Assembly: GCA_038087875.1 (NCBI GenBank)
Contig: CM075996.1
Coordinates: forward strand, 10,542,001 to 10,606,000
Length of the DNA stretch: 64,000 nucleotides
Source: Malacoraja senta
Taxonomy: Eukaryota
Direction of reading: 5' to 3'
Positions 1 to 12,660 of this stretch are shown one piece after another. The notes beneath the pieces are model-generated. The model was given only the letters and a program-made list of their open reading frames with translations, searched no databases and was not told where the DNA came from. Made by a program: the position numbers and the translations under genes. Numbering within the stretch: position 1 is the first letter of the stretch; each line of letters starts with the position of its first letter.

Positions 1-754
1 TGTGATTTTGTACAATTTGCTGAAGATTTGTTTATTATATGTTTCTCATTCCTGGAAGATTCAGTTGCATTTTTGGTTTGAAATGCAAGCTGTACCTCCC
101 CCTTTTCATTTAAAATATCAATTGCTGAAATCAATAAAAGAAAACCCATTTTTAACTCGCACACACACAACCCTAATATTCAACTCATTTGTATCAGTTA
201 CAATGAGATAGGTTGGAAGAATGGGATTGCACCCTTAACTTGGCAGAGTCCATTGTGTCGTCTGATAACAGCGTCAACCGTAAAAGTCAGAGAAGAGTAC
301 AAATTGAGTGGAAAAGGAATGAACTATCTGAGGCCCTGTGCAGACAGAGCCTGCATCTCACAAATACAGGCAAGCCAGCCACTCCAAGGGAATGAATAGA
401 GGTGTGAATGGACGCACCTCATCCTTCAGCTACTAAAGCTGGCAAGCACACCATTGTTGCTTTTAGAGTACTTTGTGACTGGATTATTTTCTCTCTCTTT
501 CTAAAGACTTTATTCTATCAACATTTTGAAAGTCCAACACTTCCAGTATACAGCTAAATGCAATCCAAACTTTGTATCAAAATACAATGAATTATTGTGG
601 CTGTGTAAGGCAGGAGGCGTCTCAGAGCAACTTGTAAACTGCCCACTAGCCATCCTGTTTAGTTTAGTTTAGAGATACAGCACGGAAACAGGCCGTTCGG
701 CCTACCGAGTCTGCGCCGACCAGCGATCGCCCCACACCAACGCTATCCTGACAT

Positions 755-1150
755 ATTCACTGGAATTTAGAAGGATGAGAGGGTATCTTATAGAAACATA
801 TAAAATTCTTAAGGGATTGGGCAGGCTGGATGAAGGAAAAATGTTCCCGATGTTGCGGGAGTCCAGATCCAGGGGGAACAGTTTATGAATAAGGGGTGGG
901 CCATTTAAGACTGAGATGGGAAAAACTTTTTCACCCAGAGTTGTGAATCTGTGGAATTCCCCGTCACAGAAGGCAGTGGAGGCCAATTCGCTGGATGTAT
1001 TCAAGAGTTAGATAGAGCTCTTAGGGCTAACGGAATCAAGGGGAGAAAGCAGGAATGGGTACTGATTTTGGATGATCAGCATTGATCATATTGAATGACA
1101 GTGCTGGCTCGAAGGCCAAATGGTCTACTCCTGCACCTATTTTCTATGTT
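755..1150 (+). mobile_element. CR1 LINE 3' fragment
   Basis: SLEFRRMRG..IETYKILKG...[11 protein letters not shown] and CR1 tail ...cctgcacctattttctatg. Confidence 0.85.
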
Positions 1151-1672
1151 TAGAGATACAGGGCGGAAACAGGCCCACAGAGTCAGCGCCGATCAGCGAT
1201 CACCCCGCACATTAACGCTATCTTACACACACTAGGGACAATTTACACACACCAAGCGAATTAACCTACATACCTGTCGGTCTTTGGAGTGTGTGAGGAA
1301 ACAGAAGATCTTGGAAAAAAACGGTTACGGGGAGAATGTACAAACTCCGTACAGATAAGCACCCGTAGTCGGGATTGAACCCGGATCTCCGGCGCTGCAA
1401 GCGCTGTAAGGCAGCAGCTTTACCGTTGCGCCACAGTGCCACCGTGTTTCTATGTTTCCTAAACGCACTAGGGACAATTTACTTTTATACTAAGCCAATT
1501 AACCTACAAACCTGTACGTCTTTGGAGTGTGGGAAGAAACCGGAGTTCTCAGAGAAAACCCATGCAGGTCATGGGGAGAACGTACAAACTCAGTGCAGAC
1601 AAGCACCTGTCGTCAGGATCGAACCCGGGTCTCTGGCTCTGTGAGGTAGCAACTACCGCTGCGCCAGTGCGC
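1147..1672 (-). mobile_element. Two HE1/V-SINE-like tRNA-derived SINEs
   Basis: ggcgca.cggta.ag A-box, ggttc.atcc B-box, V-domain-like core gtttgtac.ttctccccgt, ctctaaac tail. Confidence 0.8.
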
Positions 1673-2014
1673 GGTTCCTATTAAAAGACAACTTTCACAA
1701 AACTTTGCTCACCTGGCCTTGTCTTTTCCCTTCATCAGCCAGATGCTGGCTCTCCTCCTCAGCTGTACATTTCGCTTACAATACCCAAATCCTAAGAGAG
1801 GTGAAAGACAACAGGGAAATTATCATCAAAACAGCAGATAAGGGGAAGAACAGAGTTGTCATGGACAAACAACAATACTTATTCGAGGCACACAGACTAT
1901 GAGGTAAAACAGAGCACTACACTGTTGACAAAGCCCATATATGAGGAAACACTAATGGAAATTGAAGACATTTTACAATGCCTCAAAAAATCCTGTTTAG
2001 TTTAGAGATAGATA

Positions 2015-3475
2015 ATAGACAATAGGTGCAGGAGTAGGCCATTCGGCCCTTCGAGCCGCCATTCAATACGATCATGGCCACCCAGCTTTGTGTCATCTGC
2101 AAATTTGCTAATGCTACTTTTAATCCCTTCATCTAAATCATTAATCTATATTGTAGATAGCTGCGGCCCCAGCACCGAGCCTTGCGGTACCCCACTAGTC
2201 ACTGCCTGCCATTCTGAAACGGAACCGTTTATCCCGTCTTTGTTTCCTGTCTGCCAACCAATTTTCTATCCATGTCAGTACCCTACCCCCAATACCATGT
2301 GCTCTAATTTTGTCCACTATTCTCTTATGTGGGACCTTATCAAATGCTTTCTGAAAGTCCAGGTACACTACATCCACTGGCTCTCCCTTGTCCATTTTCC
2401 AAGTTAAATCCTCAAAAAATTCCAGAAGATTAGTTAAGCATGATTTCCCCTTCGTAAATCTATGCTGACTCGGACCAATCCTGTTTTACTGCTATCCAAA
2501 TGTGCCGTTATTTCATCTTTAATAATTGACTCCAGCATCTTCCCCACCACCGATGTCAGGCTAACTGGTCTATAATTCCCTGTTTTCTCTCTCCCGCCTT
2601 TCTTAAAAGTGGGATAACATTAGCTACCCTCCAATCTACAGGAACTGATCCTGAATCTTTTGAACATTGGAAAATGGTCACCAATGCGTCCACGATTTCC
2701 AGAGCCACTTCCTTAAGTACCCTGAGATGCAGACCATCATGCCCTGGAGATTTATTAGCCTTCAGTCCCATCAGTCTATTCAACACCATTTCCTGCCTGA
2801 TGGGAATTTCCATCAGTTCCTCCGTTACCCTAGATCCTCTGGCCACTAGTACATCAGGAGATTGTTTGTGTCTCCCTTAGTGAAGACAGATCCAAAGTAC
2901 CTGTTCAACTCGTCTGCCATTTCCTTGTACCCCATAATAAATTCACCTGTTTTAGCCCTCAAGGGTCAAACTTTGGTCTGAAATAATGTTTTCCTCTTCA
3001 CATACCTAAAGAAGCTTTTACTATCCTTCTTTATATTCTTGGTGAGCTTACCTTCGTACCTCATCTTTTCTCCCCGTATTGCCTTTTTAGTTATCTTCTG
3101 TTGCTCTTTAAAAGTTTCCCAATCCTGACTTCCCGCTCATCTTTGCTCTGTTATACTTCTTTTTTATTTTTATACTGTCCCTGACTTCCCTTGTCAGCCA
3201 CGGTCACGCCTTACTCCCCTTGGAATCTTTATTCCTCTTTGGAATTAACTGATCCTGCACCTTCTGTATTATTCCCAGAAATACCTGTCATTGTTGTTCC
3301 ACTGCTGGGGTATCTTTCCAGTCAACCTTGGCCAGCTCCTCCCTCATGGCTCCATAGTCCCCTTTGTTCAATTGTAATACTGACACTTCCGATTTTCCTT
3401 CTCCCTCTCAAATTGTAGATTAAAACTTAATATATTATGGCTCCTTTACCTCGAATTTCCTTATCAAATCCAGTT
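2015..3475 (-). mobile_element. CR1 LINE, internally deleted
   Basis: [17 protein letters not shown] and KSPG.DGLH.RVLKE ORF fragments plus 3' tail. Confidence 0.88.
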
Positions 3476-4346
3476 CATTGTACAGTGCGAAACAGGCCAG
3501 CGCCAACCTGCGATCCCCGCATACTAACACTATCCTACACACACAAGGGGCAATTAACATTTATACCAAGCCAATTAGCCTCCAAACCTGTACGTCTTTA
3601 GAGAGTGGGAGGAAAACGGAACCTCACAGGTCACAGAGAGAACGTACAAACTCCACATCGTCAGAGACCATTAGAATACCCGAGAATAATTCACATATCA
3701 CTGTACCTTAATTGGTAAACGTGACAATAAAAGACTTTTAAAACCTTTGAACCACTGGCATGAAAATTCTACATTCTCCCCAAAATACAAAAACACCCGG
3801 ACAGGTGGACAGAACATGGGGAAATACGTCCAGGAAGGCCCATTGTGTCTGACTGTGGTAGTGAATCCTATCGGGTAGCAGAATACATCGACCCTTCTTA
3901 ATCCACTGGCACAGCTGCACCCTCTACTTCAGACCACGTCACACTCCCTGACTGTGCCACCTAATGTCGTACACTTACATGGACATCGAAGGCCCGTCCA
4001 CAAACAGAACAGACAGGAACATACAACAGTTAAACATATCTCAGAGAAAAATGCTGACCCTGAAAGACTAGACTTTGGTCTAGAAGTGGCCCAGGCGATC
4101 AATGTCTTTTCACAGAGAACTGGATGACATTTGGGAATGACACATTCAGAAACAGTCAGAGGAATTCATTTCATACAAAACACCAAGATTAAAACCACCA
4201 CAAACAAACAAAACATTGACTTTCTGGACTTTCCCTAAACCTGCCAGACCTCTTTCCCTGATGAAGCTGTAGACAAATCAAAACTGGAAGATTGTTGTTG
4301 CCCAGTCGTGGACACCACTGGATTGAATTGGCATTAGAGAATGGTG

Positions 4347-4642
4347 GGCACAGTGGTGTAGCTGCTCGAGCTGCTGCCCCACAGCGCGAGACTCGGTTTA
4401 ATCCTGACCTCCAATGCTGTGTGTGGAGTTTGCACGTTCTCCCTGTGACTGCGTGGGTTTTCTCCCACATTCCAAACGCGTGCAGGTTTACATGTTAATT
4501 GACCTCTGTAAATTGCCTCTAGTGTGCAGGGAGTGGATGAGAAAGTGGGATAACACAGGACTAGTGTGAGCGGGTGATAGATGGTCAGCGTGGACTCGGT
4601 GGGCCGAAAGGGCTGTTTCTAATCTGTATCTCTAAACTAAAA
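4347..4642 (+). mobile_element. HE1/V-SINE-like SINE
   Basis: tRNA-like head, core, ctaaactaaa tail. Confidence 0.8.
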
Positions 4643-5224
4643 TGGTGACCACAAACAAACGGACACCCACAACCTCTTGCGCACCACCAGCCACCGTCCA
4701 AAACATACATTCAGAGGGACAGTAAAGACACAACTGATTCACTTCCATCACGTTTGCACTCTCTTCACTGCACTTAAACAGAGGGTGACTCAGGAAGGAA
4801 GTTGAAATAAATCAAATCAGACAACTTGAAGAGAATAAAAAAATTAACCATCATCAGTAGAAACAAGGAACTGCAGATGCTGGTTTATACCAAAGATACA
4901 AAGCGCTGGAGTAACTCAGGTCAGGAAGCATCTCTGGAGAAAAATGATGGGTAACGTTTCAGGTCAGGATCATTCTGCGAGCCATCATTAATTGATTGCA
5001 AATCAGGGTGGAATAAAGCAAAAAAATAGCAGATTCTGGAAATCTGGCAAATCCAAAACTGTGAAATAGCTATTTGTCTGAGATGCTGTCCTCACCGTTG
5101 CGTTTGGTCCATATCCCTCCAAACTTTTCCTATCCATGTACCTGTTTAACTGTACCTTAAATGTTGGGATAGTCCCTGTCTCAGCCAACCCCTCTGGCAG
5201 CTTTTTCCATACACCCACCACCCT

Positions 5225-5922
5225 TTGTGTTTTGGAGGTTTCTTTAGTATTTCTATGTGGGGGAGGTGGAGGGTAAGGGGGAAACCGTTTCCCAGTCACT
5301 TCCTGGCGAGGATGCGACTATTCTCCGTGTCGCGTCCTCGCCTCGCCCCCCCCCCCTACCAACTGGATTGGCAGTCCTTCCTGCCGGGGACCGGCCAAAG
5401 CTTTAGCAGCGGCGCAGTACTGGATTCACCGTGGAGCAGGCGATGCCTTACCTGGATCGCCATTTGAAGCTCCGGAGTGTTGAGCCTGCTGCTTCAATAT
5501 CGCGGAGCTGTGGTTTGCAGAATCTCCGCCCAGCTCGGCCTGTGGACTTCGGGAGCCGCGGTCTCCGGTAGGAAGTGGCCGATTCGGATGTCCAAGCCGC
5601 TGAGGATGTTCCACCGTTCCGACGTCGGAGTTCTATCATCCCGGCGAGAGGGCCTGAACATCGGGCTGCCCGTAGTGGTGACTCCGGGGGGCTTCGGGAG
5701 GCCCCCGACCACGGGTGAACAACAAAGAACATCAAAGAAGAGGATGACTGAACTTTGGGCCTTCCCTCACAGTGGGAAACTTTGATTCCACTGTGTGGGG
5801 GATGTTTATGTTAAAGACTGTCGTGTTCTGTTCTTTTTGTATTCGTATGGCTGTATGGTGACCCCAAATTTCACTTTACCAATTGGTGCATGTGACAATA
5901 AATGTCTCTTGTCTTGTCTTGA
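5225..5922 (+). mobile_element. Non-coding CpG-rich retroposon with LINE-type 3' tail
   Basis: Ends ...aattggtgcatgtgacaataaa followed by (tcttg)n; the same tail occurs at ~3695-3750 and reversed at ~46860-46900. Confidence 0.55.
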
Positions 5923-6977
5923 AGGGGGGGGGGGGGGAGTGGTGAGGGGGGAAGAGCAGTTCTGGTCACCCCGTTACAGGAACCACGTGGCGGGGTAGGA
6001 AGCAGAGTTCTGGTCACACTACTGAGTACTTGAGGGGAGAGGAGGAGGAGGGGTGAGTGATGGGAAGGGGAGAGCGATGGGGGGGGAGGTGTGAGGGGGA
6101 GGGGTGAGGTGTGAAGGGGGAGGGGTGAGGTGTGAAGGGGGAGGGGTGAGGGGGGAAGTGTGAGTGGGAGGGGTATGAGGGGGGAAGCGGTGTCTGTCCA
6201 CCATGGGACCCCGACAGTCTCAGTTCTGACTCTCCAATCCACCTTTTCACCAAATCCTGCCAACTACGCAATCAATGTAACGATACAAGCAGGTTTTCCA
6301 GGATTCAGACCAATGATTGGAGAATATTTCATAGAAACATAGAATATAGGTGCAGGAGTAGGCCATTCGGCGCTACGAGCCAGCACCACCATTCAATATG
6401 ATCATGGCTGATCATCCTAAATCAGTACCCTGTTCCTGCTTTCTCCCCATATCTCTCTATTCTGTTATCCCGAAGAGCTATATCTAACTCTTCAAAACAT
6501 CCAGTGAATTGGCCTCCACTGCCTTCAGTAACAGAGAATTCCACAGGTTCGCAACTCTGGGTGAAAATGTTTTTCCTTATCTCAGTCCTAAATGACCTAC
6601 CACTTATTCTTAAACTGTTACAAAAAAGGTTCAAGGAAACAAAGCGCTGTTCATTATAGTAAAATACAGGAAAGAGAATCAAAGGCACAAACCTCACCCT
6701 TCTGGCAGGTCTGGGAACTCGAGGGTCTGGCACCATTCCGATCCTGGTCCCAGGTGAAGTCCCGTCAGCTCGCACACAGTGTGCACACGCGCTCAATAAT
6801 CCTGCGCTTCTTCACCAACCTACACTCAACTATCCCTTGTTAGATTAGCTATATAAACAGGAGTTATTTAGTTGAGTTACAGCTCGGACGTCTCTGGCAA
6901 GAAACGTTTGTCTTGTCTTCCTGCTGTCTGTCCTCGAGCTGTATGATCTGAGATCCTATGATTTACTGGTTCTTCCG

Positions 6978-7270
6978 AGTTAGTTTAGTTTAGAGATACA
7001 GGGCAGAAACAGGCCCTTTGGCCCACCGAGTCTGTGATCCCTGCACACTAACACTATCCCACACACTGGGGACAATTTATAATTTTACTGAAACCCATTA
7101 CCATGCAAACCTGTATGGGTGTGTGGTAATGAGTGTGGGGGGGAACCAGGAGAAAACCCATGCAGGTCACGGGGAGAACGTACAAACTCCGTGCAGGCAA
7201 GCACCTGTGGTCAGGATCGAACTCGGGTCTCCGGCGCTGTAAGGCAGCAACTCTACCGCAGCGCCACCAT
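6978..7270 (-). mobile_element. HE1/V-SINE-like SINE
   Basis: Full head to tail. Confidence 0.8.
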
Positions 7271-7439
7271 GCTGTCCTGTATGTGAACACAATTATATTC
7301 CAAAGTCTGCACTGTTTTCCAAGCGAGCCTGCTGCCTCCATCAATGCTTATAGCAGACAACTTTGTTCTTAGCTGAGAAGCATATTTTACTCGTTGCATT
7401 ACTTTGGTATAACATGGAGCCCAGATGATTGGCCTTTAC

Positions 7440-7912
7440 CCTTGTACTCTGTGCTGAGGAGAGGGGCCGGACGGATGTTTGTCAGACGGGAGATCGTCTT
7501 CTTGGGCAACAGGACTACAACTGCCCTGTGCCATGAGAGCCCCTTGCGTCATGCCCTGTGCATCTCTGCCCTGCGACTACAACTGCCCTGTGCCATGAGA
7601 GGGCCATGTCCCCGGTCGCCAGGCTCTCCCTCAGCACCTTCATGTAATCACCCCTCGGGACATCCCACAGGTTCCAAGGAGCTCCACCATCAGCCCATCC
7701 AGTCCTGGGGACGTGCCTCTCCTGAGCTGGTGGAGGGCATCAGGTAGCTCCTCCAACATTAAGAGAGCATTTCGGTGTTTGGCTGACTGGCGGTAGGGCC
7801 CTCACATAGGACCAACTGTGTACCCTCGCTGGACGCATCCGAACATGATCCTCTTAAAACTCACCATCATGATTGAGGACTTCTTGGTGAAATTCTTGGT
7901 CTGCAGCAGGTT
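7440..7912 (-). mobile_element. Tx1-clade LINE reverse transcriptase fragment, degraded
   Basis: Translates to LEELPDALHQLRRGTSPGLDGL...RESLATGDMALSWHRAVVVLLPKK...LLSTEYK; contains an internal ~27 bp direct repeat. Confidence 0.75.
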
Positions 7913-8220
7913 AGTCATTCAATTTACCTACCGACCAACGTTGTGTCTATCTGTCTTTCGCTCTCCCTCCCTCTCTCTCTCGCGCGCTCTCTCTCTCTCC
8001 CGTTCCCCTCTCTCTCTAGCTCTCTCAGAATTCCCGGAATCATTGACGTTTTGCGGTAGACAAAAATGCTGGAGAAACTTAGCGGGTGAGGCAGCATCTA
8101 TGGAGCGAAGGAAATATGCAACGTTTCGGGTCGATACCCTTCTTCAGACCCGGCTATTTCCTTCGCTCCATGGATGCTGCCTCAAGCCCTGTCCCACTGT
8201 GCGAGTTCACCCAAGAGCTT

Positions 8221-8840
8221 AAAATCTGTGTAGCATCTCTGTCCCTATCTTCAAATTCCCAGTTTGAAATAAAATATAGCTTTCGACTTAACCATTTCGC
8301 AGCAGGATCGCGATTAGTCGATTCCCACGCATTTTCAATCCGTTCGATTCAGTGTAATTTTCACAACTGGTTGATGTAGTTTCAAGCATACCCGGTACTA
8401 AATGCACGAACATTAAGGTGGTTACTGATATAATTTCAGTGAAATAGGAGATTTCCGTGGAAAGAATATTTAACCAGAATATAAGGTGAGGTCGTTGCAA
8501 AATGCTCACTTAAAACAATACGCCGCCAACTCAGGATTGTTTCTTAGCCCTCTGACAGGTGTTTCAATCTAACCTCGTAGCTCGCTGTTAATTGATTCAT
8601 AGCTATTAATTTTCATTCCTGGTCCGTATCGAACTTCTCCAAATGCAAATGGTTCAAGTTACGCTTGTGTGGTGGTAAGGGGGGGGGGGGGGGGGGGGAG
8701 TGCTAGGATAAAATACCATATATTTGCATTTATATGGCGATCCTGCTGTGAAATTTTTAAGTCAAAATCGAAAGACAAAAGTTGTGTTTTATTTCAGTGG
8801 GAATTGGAAGATAGGGACAGAGACGCTACAGAGAGATTTT
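8221..8840. mobile_element. Non-autonomous TIR DNA transposon (MITE), superfamily unassigned
   Basis: ~60 bp imperfect inverted repeats: aaaatctgtgtagcatctctgtccctatcttcaaattccc... / ...gggaattggaagatagggacagagacgctacagagagatttt. Confidence 0.75.
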
Positions 8841-9330
8841 GATTGGAAGGAAACGTTACAGCAGCTGAGTAAAAGATTAGTCAAATGGTAGGTTCAATGA
8901 AGATCGGGCGAGGGGGATTGGGGGTGGGGGAAAAGTATCTATAGTTTGGGACTTGCCTAAATGAGTACTGAGATGGATTATCATTCCATACCAAATTTCT
9001 TAGACAATAATACATTTTATGCAATTATCACTACTTTTTGTTGGTTATGGATCAACCTTCGTAATGCTTGTACATGCTCGTAAATTAGTAAAACAAATGT
9101 GCTTTAAGTACTGTTGTTTCTGGGATGGGATTTCTGATAACAAATAACCTACATTCTATATTTTGTCATAATGTGGCTGAAACAATGGCATATTTTGTGA
9201 TATTTATTGAGATAGAAAGATACAACTGAGTCTGGGCAAGATATTACCTTGCAACATCTGATAGATATTGTGAAATGGAACTCAGAAATTATGGGAGGAT
9301 TACATAAAACTACAATTTAAAGGTAATGAG

Positions 9331-9461
9331 GGGGGGGAGAAACGCCACCAAACGGCGGCGGGGCTGGCGAGGGGCTGGCGAGGGAGGCCTTTGCAGGCCC
9401 CCAGGCTGGCTCGGAACCGGGAGGGCAGGCAGGATGCGAAAGGGTGCGCGCAGTTGCGGGT
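9331..9461 (+). promoter_or_regulatory. U2 proximal upstream (PSE-position) region, GC-rich, truncated on the left
   Basis: GC-rich 130 bp directly before U2, near-identical to 12879-13018; AT-rich unrelated DNA upstream; no canonical mammalian PSE recognised. Confidence 0.6.
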
Positions 9462-9651
9462 ATCGCATCTCGGCCTTTTGGCTAAGATCAAGTGTAGTAT
9501 CTGTTCTTATCAGTTTAATATCTGATACGTCCCTTATCTAGGGACCATATATTAAATTGATTTTTGGAACAGGGAGATGGAATAGGGGCTTGCTCCGTCC
9601 ACTCCACGCATCGACCCAGTATTGCAGTGCCTCTGGGAACGGTGCACTTCC
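9462..9651 (+). ncRNA. RNU2: U2 spliceosomal snRNA (gene or recent orphon copy)
   Basis: ATCGCaTCTCGGCCTTTTGGCTAAGATCAAGTGTAGTATCTG...; branch-point recognition GTAGTA, stems IIa/IIb, Sm site ATTTTTGG and stem-loops III/IV present; ends GGTGCACTTCC; one U>A change at nt 6. Confidence 0.97.
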
Positions 9652-10059
9652 CTTTTGGGAGATTTTCAAAGTAAAAAAAAAGAGAAAAGACAAAAAATCT
9701 TCCTCGCGCTTGCTTTAAAGCTGCGTGTCTGCCTGCTGCCCTCTCTCACTCTGCGTCTGCGTGCGTGTCTGTGTTGACGGACTGCTCAAGTCAAATGCTC
9801 TGCCTTCCTTTATTTCACCAGCGGATACTTTCAAGGGAAAAGAGGACACATTTCAACCCAAACTTCCGGGAAGGACAAAAAACATTTTCAGCAAAGTCTT
9901 CAAAGTCACAATTGCCGGCTCTGCCAATCAAGTCGCCACAATTGGGGTGACGTCGGTCTTAAGAGAAGAGACTGAGCTGCACGTCAACCACAGCGAGTAC
10001 CACACCGCTAAGGTCGGACTCACTGACTCTCTGACGGGGGCAGGGCTGAATTTTTCTTC

Positions 10060-11758
10060 TGGAATAATCTTCTGGAATTTTTTGAGGAAGTGGAATGGAT
10101 AAGGGAGAGCCAGTGGATGTGGTGTATCTGGACTTTCAAAAAGCCTTTGACAAGGTCCCACGCAAGACGTGGTATTGGAGGTAGGGTATTGACATGGATA
10201 AAGAACTGGTTGGCGGACAGGAAGCAATGAGTAGGAATTAACAGGTCCTCTTCTGAATGGCAGGCAGTGACTTGTGGGGCACCACAAGGCTCAGTGTTGG
10301 CACCCCAGTTATTTGTAATATATATTAACAATTTAGACGAGGGAATTAAATGCAATCTCCAAGTTTGCGGATGACCCACAGCTGGGTGGCTGTGTGAGCT
10401 GCGAGGAGGATGCTATGAGGCTGCAGGGTGATTTGGCATAGGATGGGTGAATGGGCAGATGCAATATAATGTGGATAAATGTGAGGTTATCCACTTTGGT
10501 GGCAAGAACAGGATGGCAGATTATTAACTGAATGGTGTCAAGTTTAGGAGAAGGGGAGATGGAACGAGACCTGCGTGTGCTTGTCCATGAGTCGCTGAAA
10601 GTAAGTATGCAGATACAGCAGGCAGTGAAGAAAGCTTCATTGCGAGAGGATCTGAGTTTAGGAGCAAGGGGGTCCTACTGCAGTTGTATAGAACCCTGGT
10701 GAGACCGCACCTGGAGTATTGTGTGCAATTCTGGTCTAATTTGAGGAAGGACATTATTGCTATTGAGGGAGTGCAGCGTAGGTTCACCAGGTTCATTCCC
10801 GGGATGGCGGGACTGTTATATATGATGAAAGAATGGGTCGACTGGGCTTGAATTCGCTGGAATTTAGAAGGATGAGAGGGATTCTTCTAGAAACATATAA
10901 AATTCTTAAAGGATCGGACAGGCTAGATGCAGCAAAAGTATTCCGTGTGTTGGGGGCGTCCAGAAAAGGGTCACAGTATAAGTATAAGAATAAGTGGTTG
11001 GCCTGTTAGGACTGAGATGAGGAAAAACTTTTTCACCCAGAGAGTTGTGAATCAGTGGAATTCTCTGCCACAGCAGGCAGTGGAGGCCAATTCACTGGAT
11101 ATTTTCAAGAGAGTTCGATTTAGCTCTTTGGGCTAAGGGAATCAAGGGATATGGGGAAAAAGTCGGAACCGGGTACTGATTATGGAATATCAGCCATGAT
11201 CATATTGAATGGCGGTGCGTTTTGGTCTCCAAATCTGAGGAAAGATATTCTTGCCATAGAGGGAGTACAGAGAAGGTTCACCAGACTGATTCCTGGGATG
11301 TCAGGACTTTCATATGAAGAAAGACTGGATAGACTCGACTTGTACTCGCTAGAATTTAGAAGATTGAGGGGGGATCTTATAGAAACTTACAAAATTCTTA
11401 AGGGGTTGGACAGGCTAGATGCAGGAAGATTGTTCCCGATGTTGGGGAAGTCCAGGACAAGGGGTCACAGTTTAAGGATAAAGGGGAATTCCTTTAGGAC
11501 CGAGATGAGAAAAACATTTTTCACTCAGAGAGTGGTGAATCTCTGGAACTCTCTGCCACAGAAGGTAGTTGAGGCCAGTTCATTGGCTATATTTAAGAGG
11601 GAGTTAGATGTGGCCCTTGTGGCTAAAGGGATCAGGGGGTATGGAGAGAAGGCAGGTACAGGATACTGAGTTGGATGATCAGCCATGATCATATTGAATG
11701 GCGGTGCTGGCACGAAGGGCCGAATGGCCTACCCCTGCACCTATTTTCTATGTTTCCT
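10060..11758 (+). mobile_element. Two tandem CR1 fragments (older 10060-11218, younger 11219-11758)
   Basis: RT and C-terminal CR1 motifs; junction ...gaatggcggtgc|gttttggtctcc. Confidence 0.88.
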
Positions 11759-12231
11759 GCATTTATGTTTCGGGGGCAGCGAGAGAAAACCGTCCTTTGA
11801 GTCGCAAGGAATTCTGAAAGCCACGGTGGGGGTGTTGTGTTTGCCAGAATTTGCAGCTGAAGGAGATGAGACGGAGCGGTTCACACCTTTTGTTTGTTTG
11901 CTTTTTTTCCTCTGTGTAATTACTTGGCTCAGTGGCTGTGCTTCCCTTGGAGAGGCTGCCTTGCCTGTATTTGTGAGACGCAGGCAGGCAGGCCTCACCT
12001 CACAGGGTTCACTCTTTTTTGAAACCCTTCAATTTGTGCTCGCCCCTTGCGATCAGGACCCACCCCAACCTAACGGTGGTGTGAGCATTGGATTCTCCAA
12101 TTTGAGGTGAAAAGGCAACAGCCCGCCCTCGTCTCACTCTCCCTCACACCGTGTTAATATGGTGATAATAGTGACATTTAACAAGCGCTTAACAATGACC
12201 GTTAACATATCGTTTTCTTCTCTGAGGAATG

Positions 12232-12660
12232 TTTGACAGCACTGGGCCTGTACTCTCTGGAGTTTAGAAGGACGAGGGGTAGATCTCATTGCAACTTAGC
12301 GAATAGTGAAAGGTTTGGATAGAGTGGATGTGGAGAGGACGTATCCACTAGTGGGAGAGCCTAGGACGAGAGGCCATAACCTCCGAATTAAAGGACGTTC
12401 ATTCAGGAAGGAGATGAGGAGGAATTTCTTCAGACAGAGGACGGTGAAACTGTGGAATTCTTTGCCGCAGAAGTCGATGGATATTTTTAAGGCAGGTATA
12501 GATAGATTGATTCTCGATTAGTACGGGATAGATCAGCCATGATGGAATGGCTGAGTCTTTGACAGTTTCTGTACATGGACCTTACAGTGGGCAGGTGGGC
12601 CGCACTCTTGACAAAGGGCGGAACGGGGCCCGAGGGGCCGAGTGGCCTGCTCCCACGCTT
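12232..12660 (+). mobile_element. CR1 3' fragment
   Basis: [23 protein letters not shown] motif and tail. Confidence 0.75.

Larger units (their letters stand above)
1780..4850 (+). mobile_element. Penelope-like element RT remnant in pieces (~1780-1990, 3755-4330, 4642-4850), split by CR1 and SINE insertions
   Basis: IIIKTADKG..VVMDK..Y, GRPIVSDCGSESY..AEYID.FLNPL and K.TDTH.LL motifs. Confidence 0.7.

Noticed and set aside
1147..1445. tRNA genes (A/B boxes here and at similar sites)
   Set aside because: They continue into a SINE core and tail, so they are SINE heads
9725..10102. 125-aa ORF downstream of U2
   Set aside because: Non-ATG start, no recognisable domain, runs into a CR1
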